Shown one piece after another: positions 11,901 to 22,700 of a stretch of 64,000 nt of DNA. The notes under the pieces are model-generated. The model did no database searches. It was not told the DNA's origin and saw only the letters and a list, made by a program, of their open reading frames with translations. Source of the stretch: Phoronis australis (lineage: Eukaryota; Animalia; Phoronida). A program made the position numbers and the translations under genes. The stretch lies in contig NMRA01000139.1 of NCBI GenBank assembly GCA_002633005.1, positions 124,001-188,000 of the forward strand. The letters are read 5' to 3'. Positions within the stretch are counted from its first letter, which is position 1, and every line of letters starts with the position of its first letter.

Positions 11901-14749
11901 GGCTATTGTACAAGAAATTGACTTTAACAATAAATCAACCTCGAAGCCTCAGCAAAACTTCTGGGAGGTGAACCTGAAACAGTATGTCATCAATGAACTA
12001 GATTGGTCAGCCATGAGAGACGAATATGTTATGTTAATAGCTCGAACCGCTAAGAACCACATAAGGCTATTGGAAAACATAACAATAACAACAAAGACAG
12101 GACCCGAATCGAAACTCATGGGCAAAAAAAACAAGATCATCCCTCTGCCAGTGTTATTAAAGAATGAACAGCGATATGACGATGTCAGTGACATACTCCA
12201 TTTCTATGAAGATTTCATTGAAGTAAGTATATAATGAATGCCGCACATACAATTGCCACTTAAGTGATGAAGTCTCTAACCTTCTTGCAATGCATCAACC
12301 AGTTCTTCGCATTACCAGATAAATTATCACTTTGTGGGCACATAATGTGGAAAAGAGTTTGTTACCAGTTTTTATGACATGTAAAAACTTACTTTGTTCA
12401 GAGAAGGAAGTTTTATAGCACCTTTAACGAACTAAGTTTGTATCCCTATTACATTGATTACGTGGAATTGCTATTGATTTGATGACATGTCCACATTTTA
12501 AGGTTATTTGTTCTTCATAGTCTGTGTACTCTGCTGCTGAAAAGGACAAGCCAACAGTACATATTGGCGGTGACCAACTAACACGAGAGAGATTTTCTGG
12601 AGCCAAGTGCCTTTCTATTGGGGAGCAGACATCCGAGGACCGCTTTGACCATCTAAGTCCCATCACATTTGAATTATTTCATCTGCTCATGAATTATTTG
12701 ATGGTTGTGTTTAAGCAACTGTACAAGGAAGGAAGTGAAAATGAGCTTGGAACAATGAAATGTGAACAGATTCGAATTTCACGGAAAAACGTTGACAGTG
12801 ATGTCAAAAAGGCATATGCCTCTGACAAAGACTTTGTCTTGTCTTTTGTCAATGCCTATATTTTAGAAGCCATACTGCACCATTTGGAAATGGAAGATGT
12901 GACAAGTAATGCAGAAATACCGATTGATATGCGTGTTGACGACTGGGCAAATGAGAAATTTGGGGAGATTGTCGACCGCTACGTTGCACCAAAGATGTTA
13001 GACTCCATTCGCTCATGGCACAACAACCATGAAATTGTTCAAGGTATTAAATAGTCAAGTGTATTATTTAAAGCGACATTTAAATCGTGCTTTCAATCAG
13101 AATTAGTCTTGACTGAACAAGAAATTTTTAGAGCTTGGTCTAATGGAGTAACAACTATCAGTTGTTGCCAATGCCCAGAACTCAAACATTTTTAGACTAA
13201 GGAAAAATTTATAGAATTTAGAAATCAAAACCTTTAGAAATCAAAACTTACTTTCATAGAAAGCACCATTTAATGCCACTTTAAATATGCTAGGTTTTAT
13301 TAAAACCATGAATATTTAAATTTGCAAGCCATTCTGACTGACTTCCTGGAGAATTGAAACAATTTGTACTAAATAAATTGTGGCTTCAAAGAAAAGACTA
13401 CAACTGATAGGCTTAAAAGCAAGTGTGAACATATGAAAACCCTATTAATTCCAAAAATTGTGAAATCTTTAATTGTTAGTGAAATAAACAAATAGCAAAA
13501 ATTGTACCTCATTTTATTAGGCTGAAGATGAAATATTACCGTACTCATCTAGATAAAAATAGTCTTGCAAAATGAGACTTTCTTGATATAATGGTAACTG
13601 GTTCTCAGATGGTTTCCGGCACTCAAGAGTACCTGGGGTTGCTTGTAAATTAGTCCTTCATTTGCGTATTCACCATTTAATGATATTATGCATGTTTAAC
13701 AATGCACTTAAGTCATTTTGTGTGAATAAGTTAAACCAAATACTAATATGACATCCATGAAAAGAACATAATTGTTGAAAATTTCAATCGGATTTTTGAA
13801 AACAGCAGCCTAAGATTTTGTTAAGGTTAAGTGTACAATCGACAAAAGCTGTCTGTGTACAATCCAGTTTTCGGTCACAAGCTGCTGTCAAGTTGAGGTC
13901 ACGTAGCCCATCAGTACTGAAAAGTGCAGTGATGATCATTTTTTCAAAATAAATTATTCAAGAGATGACCACTAAACCATTGATAATGGTATCACTTTTT
14001 GCAAAATGTTTACTTTATGTATTACAGAAGATGGCCAGATACTCTTTACCGAGATTGGTGGCTGCAGCACAGAATTACTAGTTCCGATACCTGAAGAAGA
14101 TGGAATTAAGAATTACGGACATCTGGTGCTCGAGTTGGGTCTTCTTTACCTCAATCTGCTTGATCTCATAAAGTACCCTGATCGTGAGAGGGGTCTGCGG
14201 ATACTTAAACTAGCCATGGTGGTATTCAAGGCTAACAACAAGTTATCGAAATACGCCTATGAAATAATACGTCTCCTGGTACATCAGATGACAAGTTTGA
14301 GTGAAAAAGCAGCCTTTGAGGAATTTTATGGCTTATTTGTAAATACCAAAGGCCACTTAGATTCTCATGTGCCTGTGGATGAACGAATGGAATGGCTTGT
14401 TGGCAGTGTAAAAAAACATGTAAAGCATATGTACTCGAATCAGACAGAAAAAAACGTAACTGTTAAGAGCAGTGCCTTAGCCGGTCTTCATGACATTGGA
14501 GAAAACTATGACAAGACGACAAATGTGTTGGTCCGTTCGAAAAAGCACAGTGCTCGGTCTGCCATAGAAGATGAGCAAGCTATGCTTAGAGACCTGAGAC
14601 GAGTACAACCGTTTGAATTCAGACCAGGGCGTTGTCATGCGTCTTTCCCAAACATGTCTGCTACTATTTTAGGGAAAGTAGCCCCCTCGGATTTGCTGAC
14701 CTGGATTCAAATGAAGAACCACCACTTCGCAACTGAGCATGGGAACTGA
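8908..14749 (+). CDS. AcademH-type DDE transposase (DUF6589-like), 5 exons, 946 aa
   Basis: Exons 8908-9963, 11302-11423, 11805-12222, 12521-13043 and 14028-14749. All introns are GT-AG and phase-compatible (0,2,0,1); total 2841 nt with no internal stop. N-terminal CLIC...CRNC zinc finger; motifs FRLVGDNINW, IGGDQLTRER, FELFHLLMN and HVPVDERMEWLV. The family and domain names are from recognition, not a search. Confidence 0.85.
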
Positions 14750-15980
14750 TGTACACTAGAATGAAAGGAAGCTAAATATTATTCTGTGTATTTTGATTTA
14801 CTAACATATATTATTTGTAATTTGATTGTTTTATGTTCACACTTATATTACAAAATTATGATTATGGTACTTGCTATGCTATTTAGGACACAATATGATG
14901 GCATGCTATTTTATATATTTGAAATTTTAACTGACTTATAAGATAGGAAATTTATTTCTCATCAGCATCGTTTCTAGTGCATTTTCTACAAAGGACATGA
15001 AATTCTGAATATGCTCTTATGGCAAGTTATAAAAATTCTTAATTGACAATAGCTATGAGGAAACGTCATTTTATTTCTTCTGAAGAGCACAGTGGACTCA
15101 AATGGTGCCAATTGTTGGATGAAAAAATTCTGGTAGTAATTAAGCAACACGGCATTATTTCATCTAACAGTAAGTTTCAAACTAAGCACACATTAAAGGT
15201 TACTAGCACCTTTATAAGGTTTGAACACTGAGGATGCCATACTCTGGGAAATGACAGGCAGCAGTTCCGTAATGGTAATTTATAAAATATACAACAAAAG
15301 TTACACAAATATATTGAAACATGGGTAAAAATAATTGGTATTTAAAAGATTGAACATGTTACTTAATCATTGGCATCGAAAAATTCATGTTAAAAGTTTT
15401 CATTTTCTTGTTTTGCAAAAAGGTAACTTAGTGAGATAAGATAACCTAGATAGCAGGCATTCACATTTGTGTGACACTTCTAAAATCTAAACTGCATGGA
15501 TTAGAACTAAATGACGTTTTAAAACCATTAGCACAAACCAGAAAATGTCGACCACATGATTGCATTAGATAAGAATTATCTTGCTAATGCAAATGAAACA
15601 AAATTGCACAATTTTGAGAAATCGAACCCAGTTACCTAAAACACAAAAGATGAACAGGAAGTAACATGAAATCCTACTTTCATGGTAAAGGATAACAACA
15701 AAACCCCATATTCCAATGAATTGCTGGCTTTTAAAAAAAACCCCAGTATAAGTGCGCAAATTGATGGTAATCAATTTTAAATAAATGTAACTGAAACTTC
15801 TTTATCAGCATTTTAAAGCAGCATTAAACCCGTACTTTCTGTCAAAAAACGATTTTTCATTTTGGCCACTTTTTATTGTGAAAATGATCTTAAATTGTTT
15901 TGTCATTGTCAAATATGTGTGAAAGAAGTACTTGGAAAGAATTGATGCTTTGTTAATTCTTTAAACCAAGCCATGACCTG

Positions 15981-17365
15981 GGCCCGGTCTCCAATCTCCG
16001 TACTCAGACTCATACTCATACTCGAGATTTCATACTCAAAATCGTGCTCACTGGAGTCGTACTCAAAAAAGCGTATCTAATGTCGTATTTCGAGTAGACT
16101 CCAAACGTACTCAAATCTGACACTCATACTCGAGTTGCTATGGAACTCTTTATGATGTGAAATGCAAAATCACGCAAAGCCGCGCTGATTCATCGCTTCC
16201 TATTGGAATAGACCACCCCAAGAACTAGGCCTACATTATCGTCTGCTGTCGCTACAACTACAAGAGTATGTCTATAACGTGGAATTTTGAGTGTTCTGTA
16301 ACTGTTATTCATTTTTTAGTTTCAATAAATATTCTTATGCCATTTCTTTGATACACTTGGCAAATTATTAAGCTTTACTTCTTGAGTTCCTCACCCAGTC
16401 CCGAAAATGTCTTAAGAAATATGTAACAGCTTATCACATTACATCTCTGTTGCTAATTCAGTCTTGACATAAACCCATTGCTGTGTAGGCCTACGCTGAT
16501 GTCAAACTTTGATACTGTATCTTTGTATTTTACCGGGATGTATCAAGTGAGTTGACATTTGGCACGTGAGTTAAAAAACAATACTTGTGCAGGCATTCAG
16601 AGTTCACCAGTGGCAGTGAACGGGACGAGACGTCTACTTAGAAATCGGCAAACAAAATCTGGAATTCCATTTGGGGATTGAGGAATTATAGATGACTAAG
16701 TTATGATGAGAAATGTACCTGACAGGGAAGCGAACTTTTTTTAACTTCCCTCCCCTCCTCGTCTTTTGGAAACCCTACAAAACGTAGGCACACATACCGA
16801 AATAAGGGCAGCACAAACTTCTCACACGACTTTTCCCACAACTGCTTTCGACGCTTGTTATGACTCGCCGACAAGGGATTACAATGCGCCTGTTGCCAGG
16901 AATTGTAGAGGTACGGGCGGCCATAAAATACAGTGATACGGCGGGTTAATAAGGTGAAGAATAAGAAGATTTAAGATGAAAACTATTATCTCTGAACTGA
17001 AATTGAAGTGCTGAGATACGGTAAGAGGACTTATTTTTTTAGATTTGCTGTGTTTCTTGGTTCCCTTTCGATATTTTGTTCTCTGGCTCGTATTTATTTT
17101 CGAGTACGATTTCAAGCACACTGCCATACCAAACTTGAAATTTGAGCATAGACTCCGAATTTTTACTCAAAATCGTACTCGAAATATAGATGAGATACAC
17201 TTCAGTTCGAGTACACTCGAAAACTGAGTACGTGCTCGAAATTTCGAGTACAGATTTTTCGAGTATGACATTGAATACACCAAAGCTGAGTCTGTACTCG
17301 AGTTGAGTATGAAGTGTGAGTTTGAGCATGATTCGAGTCTGAGTACGGAGATTGGAGACCGGGCC
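15981..17365. mobile_element. non-autonomous PIF/Harbinger-like element nested between the two AcademH genes
   Basis: Perfect 31-bp TIR GGCCCGGTCTCCAATCTCCGTACTCAGACTC; 3-bp TSD CTG (15978-15980 and 17366-17368); many subterminal TACTC/GAGTA motifs; no convincing ORF. Confidence 0.88.
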
Positions 17366-17463
17366 CTGAAATTCGTTTTTAATGTGATGTCATTTTGATA
17401 GCCAAATACATGAAGAATTAGGGTAGTAAAAATGGTTTGGTGTCCTAAAGAGCTACGAACATG

Positions 17464-19581
17464 TCAATGATAATCGACCTCTTTACAGTCAACGCATCTG
17501 CAACTTGTGGCACAAACATCACAGCAATTGTGCAGGTCACTAAGTGGGTTTATATCTCGTTCTGACTCGAAAAGATTGCACAAAAAGTCACGTCGGCAAG
17601 TTGACAACAGACAGAACGATTTGACTTCGCTGGTCATGCCAACAACATTTCCACCTATGTCTGATGCATTGTAAAACAGGATAGCTTCAGCAGGTTTACC
17701 ATCTCTACCGGCTCTTCCTATTTCTTGAATGTAAGCTTTAAAAGAAAAATGAAAACATTTTCAGTTAAGCATGTAATTACATGAATTCAACTCACATTCA
17801 TGCATAGCAAATATTTGTGCCACTTCCCAGGAGTGCGAGGATAATGCTGTGTCTTGAGTTTGGTTCATTACTAAGAAGTTGCACATAGATGCCACTTAAG
17901 TTTGATAGTCCACTAGAAAACAAGGTAATACAACAGTTAGAGAATCAAAACAAGTATTTCTATAGCGTGTAAAGTAGTTCCATATCCACCAAGGTGTCTG
18001 TCTCTCTCTACTAACCCATTCTGATCACCTAGTTACAAGGAAAGCATAATTGAACTACCGTATATCAAAAATTGAAAATAGACAATACAACTCCAAGGGA
18101 CACTGTGTAGCTTGAACAAGAAACATTGCAACGGTTTCCCATCCATATTCAAACAAAAAGTAAGGTTTTAACTAAAACAGGTAGACATACTTTCCATACA
18201 TCTTGGGGCTCCAGCATGTATAACTTTACGGATATCTGGTGCATCCACACCCATAGAGTACGCCTGAGTAGCAAACAGCAGACGGAGTTCTCCATTTTCC
18301 TCTCTCATTTGTTGAACAATCTTTGCTTTTGTCTGAAATGAAAAATTTTAAAAATCAGTCAAATCCATTTTCATTGATTTATAAGTAAGACACCTAACAC
18401 TGTTTTTCTCCAATCAACAAAGTCATCCTGAACGAAAACTGAAAATATTGTTACAAAGCGTTCGGTCTTGGATGCCAAATGCACTTGAAATGGAGAACAA
18501 CTAACATTGGAGATTCGACATTAAGTAGAGCATGGGCATTTGAAAATGAAACTTTGGATACTCAAATCGTCAATTCCATCACAAAACTATAACAACGTAA
18601 TATGCTAATGAAAATTTTGGCAGTTATTGAAATGCTGTCACTCACATGAGCTTGGATGATGGCATGAAACTGTGCAACTTGTGCTGGCTGAATCGAAGAT
18701 GGTACACCTTTAAGGCTTGGCCGAAGTGCAAGATTGTGAGCATAGCCACACCACTTTAGATTAGAATACACAACCGTTTTAGGAAAGCATGTTCTCATTG
18801 TCTGAAGTTCTGCTACTAGAGGACTGAATACAAAATCATATGAATTTTCCACTGTGTTGTCAGCACCAGTGATTGGAGGCCTTTTTTTGACGAGTAGTTT
18901 GATGTTGCTTCGATCAACACTTTTCCTCACAGTTGTTGTAGCTGTGGCCATATTTAAACCCTGAATGATGTCAGTTTTCATCTGATGGCCAGCAGTGGCT
19001 GTAAGTGCCAGAAGTCTGCAAGACGGAAAAACAGCACGTAAGCTTCTTATCTCTCTGTACATGGGGCGAAAATTATCCCCCCACTGCACCACGCAGTGGG
19101 CTTCATCCACCACAATGAACACCGACTTCTGCTGCCACTTACTTGACAAAAAAATACTGAGCACTTCATCACATAAGAGTTCCTCGGGGTGTCCCACAAC
19201 AAAACTTGTGTTTGCCTGCCTCAAAGAGTTAACATTTTCTTTAGAAGCTCTCGTCGCTTGTTCTCCTAGTCGACACATCTGTTCTTCAATAATGGCGTTT
19301 AGAGGACTTATCAAAAGCACAACGATGTCTCGAAAACCATTTGCCGAAGCAAAGTGGGGTATGCTTTCAAATACGAGGCTTTTCCCATAGCCTGTGGGCA
19401 AAATCGACAGAACGTCGGAATCCAGCAAAGCATATAAACTCACGATCTGGCCGTGCTTCATGTAGGTTATCGGCTCCGCTGGTTTTCTACTTTCGTTTAC
19501 TTTAAAAAGAGCAAACTTGGTGAAAAGAGTGCGATTAAAGACAGTTGAAGCCACAGACATTCCTTCCCTGGAAGTCGCCAT
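17464..19581 (-). CDS. RecQ-like SF2 (DEAH) DNA helicase of the AcademH element, 3 exons, 449 aa
   Basis: Exons 19581-18646, 18332-18191 and 17735-17464 (GT-AG introns, phases 0 and 1; 1350 nt, open). Motifs: I LPTGYGKS, Ia ISPLNAI, II VDEAH followed by the aromatic loop WGDNFRPMY, III LTATA, V LFATQAYSMGVD, VI YIQEIGRAGRDG. C-terminal zinc-binding CRR...CCDVC...CRCVDC. Confidence 0.92.
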
Positions 19582-19648
19582 GTTGATGAACTAGTTTGAC
19601 CTATAATACAAATGACCAATAGAATGCCTTGTTTCTTGAAATCGGAAC

Positions 19649-19731
19649 AGCCAATGATATTCCAAGAAGACGCATCAAAAAGTGCGCTGTAGCAGACCCC
19701 AACCAACCTCGAGGGTCTGTGCAGGAGACTA
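19649..19731 (-). repeat. right terminal module: AGCCAATGA plus AGTGCGCTGTA plus hairpin
   Basis: 9-mer at 19649-19657, 11-mer at 19681-19691, stem CAGACCC (19693-19699) / GGGTCTG (19713-19719), ending ...GGAGACTA. The CCAAT motif lies about 70 bp upstream of the helicase ATG. Confidence 0.8.
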
Positions 19732-19741
19732 GCTCCACTTC
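19732..19741 (+). repeat. right target-site duplication GCTCCACTTC
   Basis: Identical to 6886-6895. Confidence 0.9.
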
Positions 19742-22700
19742 CTGATTCAATATTGCTGATGAGCGAATGACGTCAATCTGGCGTCTTCAGGCACCTGTCA
19801 AACACGTACCCTTCGCTTCTGCGAACTAGTTCTATAATGAATGCTCACTAATGTTCATAATTAGGGTATTACATGAATTTTAATTTCTAAACCGTAATTT
19901 AATATATATAAAAATTACAAAAGCTACATTTATAGCTAATATAAAGGCTAATTTTTGCAAAATTTCTTCCGTGATTTGGCTCAAGAATATCAGTATCATG
20001 TTTCAGTGATTCGGCCATATGTAGATTGCTTGCTCGTGTTTTCCTGTCCAAAAATAGCACAGCTCCGTGGATTTTTAGCATAGGATTTGACTGGTCAGTA
20101 AAAATAGAACATAGAGTTATTTTTATTCAATTGATAGGTCGATTGAGGTAGGAAATTCGAATTCTATATTTTGTAAATAGTATGCCAATATATCGTTCGT
20201 GGTAATACTAGAATTTGGGACAGAATTTGAAGGCATTTTTGGCCATGGCGCGCTGTAGGGAGTTAAAACTTACTGCGGTTTCCAGAAATGGCTGCCGTTC
20301 ATGCAAGATTACAGGGACAGACTGGATTTCACGGGAGTTTGCTTGTAATTGAAGACACTGATTGCAAGAAGTAAGCTAAGATGATGTTATACTGTAACTA
20401 TCCTTCTTTTTTAAGGAGCCGAGTGTTGCTGTCGAAAGAGAACAGTTCGAATTTGAGGAGCAACGATTTGAAGTTAAAAGTGAGTCACTTTACAAGAAAT
20501 CCCCAAGTTCTAATTTTAGACTACGGTGATTAGGAATCACATTTGTTTACGTGTAAATAACAGATGGATGTTTTCCATTATGTTATTGACACAGGCAATG
20601 TTTTGTAGAAAAATAACCCATGAGTATTGAAAAGTTACTTGCTTTGATTTCAAATGCTAAATGAAAGCTTCTAAATTGTTATTTCTTGTTGTGCATAGAC
20701 AGGTAACTAACCAATTAACCTGCCAGTAAATAAGTTTTTACAAACGTGAGTTGTCAAGAAGAAACCTCATGAAATATTTTGCTAAACAAAACGTTACCTG
20801 TGGTAGTTGCAATGCCCACCAAAGTAAAAAAATTTGTGTGATTTTCATGATATAATTGATTGATTTACGTACTCCATTTGCAAAGAATTTTGTGTTTTCG
20901 TCAATCACTCCCGGTCAGGTGGTTCCAATTTAAATTGTTTACCACAGCAAATTACGGCAACAGGCTGACACAAGTCTTTGACTGTGTCAACTTGCTGAGT
21001 GTCTTGTTGACTGGGATTCTCTCCTATAATAACAGGTACGGGGTGTGTCGCCATGCCGTCAAAATCGAGATAAATTCAGTACCTTAGTAGCTGAGAAAAT
21101 GGGTATCCGAGAAAATGGCAAGGAAACCCCTTCTTGAGACAACAGTTTGCACCCCTAACTGTCTGTTCTTTTTTATTTTTATTCACCCAAGCCGATACCT
21201 CAAAGCCTCCAAAGTACATGCCCAAAGAAGGGCGAAATACAACTTGAATACACAACATTGCAATTTTTTTCAAAAAAGTTGGGCTACAAATGTTTCAGTT
21301 GGTAGCCAGCCTGCATAAGAACTACTAGGCACGTGAGTTGTTGTTTCTTCTACAGCCGCATTTATAACAACACAAAATGCTCGGGTTTGTTTGCGATAGT
21401 TCAAGAATTAATTAAAAATCAAATAATCTACTGAGTTAATCACTTAGATCACCATTTTCAAGGTGGTCTGTTTTTACATAGCACTGAGCCCTCGTTTTGC
21501 CCTGACTGAAATCTCCCACCCTCTTTCCGGTCCACTGTGAATCCATTTACGTAGTCAGCCAATGTTTAAAGCCTTATTCGATCTCCGCAGCGTGCTAAAT
21601 TCATCCTGCTTAAGCTACTGCATTCAGATTATCGAAATGAAAAGATTTCACCAAAGTTCAGAAAATGGGTTCTTAATTACTAAAACTTTCTTGGATTGTC
21701 CTCAAACCTGCCATGGGATAGGAACAACTCCGCCAATACCTACCCCCAATCGACCTTTGGTTGTTTGTTTGCGAGCCCTTTGAGCTCTTAACTGAATTAC
21801 GTCTAGACTTATGTTGAAGGGAAGGGATATTAAAATGTCACGAAAAACGCACGGCTAATTGGTGATGGAACGATTTTGACTTGAAAACTGGAACGGTAGT
21901 AAAAAGGTGATTAGTTTGTGTTAAAGACACTACAAATTTGCCTTCCAGCACAAAAGCCAACTTCAGATTTAGACCACTTACCTCTATAAAATTGTTCTCA
22001 AATTGTTTACTAATTTCTGGACTCTTAAAGTAACTTACAGTTGGTTACTGCTTGAGACCAGGCTCTACAAGTTGACTTGTCACTGTGTTTATTTGCCAGA
22101 CATGGTCTTTAAGCAATAACAAACTGTCAGTTCTTTGCAAGACCAAAATCACTTCTCAGCTGAAAAAGGACAGAAGTGGAACTAAGCTTATTGCTGTATG
22201 TCAGTTGCCTTAATCAAATGTACAACTTTATTCAGTGGAATGCATGTTTATAAGCTCTGTTTTATTTTCATGCATTTTTTGTGAAGATTACAATTCACAC
22301 GCTAATGATTATGCTTAGCAATGATTACCAGATGTTTGCATCTTTATGAATGAAGTTATACTTGTTGAATCTGTAAATTTCCCAGGGAAGAGAATCTCTG
22401 CTAAATAAGGGGTGGGTAGGAGCGCCACAACACACATTCAAATTCCAAACCAATGTAATACGTTGGCAGTCATGGTAACGCTTACCCGGGACATCGTCAA
22501 GTAAAGAAGAATAATTCCCAAATCAACAGCAAGGGACGGCAAAGAATGCTGGTGCGGGCTCGCCATTCATATTCCCTTTGATGGAAGAAGTCATTAACAA
22601 CCCTTGGACTGAGCCTTTTAACCCTAAATATGAAATCCGTTAGTATAGTGCTGCACCCATGAAGTGATTGTTTGAAATGGGGAATCCAACTGGAAGTGGT

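Larger units (their letters stand above)
6896..19731. mobile_element. AcademH-type (helicase-encoding Academ) DNA transposon, apparently full length
   Basis: Identical 10-bp direct repeat GCTCCACTTC at 6886-6895 and 19732-19741. Termini are TAACCT... and ...AGACTA. It contains a convergent transposase and RecQ-like helicase. Helicase plus a 9-10-bp TSD are the described hallmarks of AcademH. Confidence 0.9.

Noticed and set aside
16000-17350. TACTC/GAGTA repeats as a CRISPR-like array
   Set aside because: Irregular short motifs in inverted orientation at the two ends of a TIR element in eukaryotic DNA; no constant repeat-spacer period.
18995-19390. 131-aa plus-strand ORF
   Set aside because: Antisense shadow of helicase exon 1.
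17464-19581. Host RECQL/BLM/WRN orthologue
   Set aside because: It lies inside a TSD-bounded element opposite a transposase and lacks the accessory domains, so no gene symbol is given.
20288-20479. Two-exon coding start (MAAVHARLQG...)
   Set aside because: Requires a 45-nt intron and has no recognisable protein similarity; kept only as weak support for a nearby promoter.
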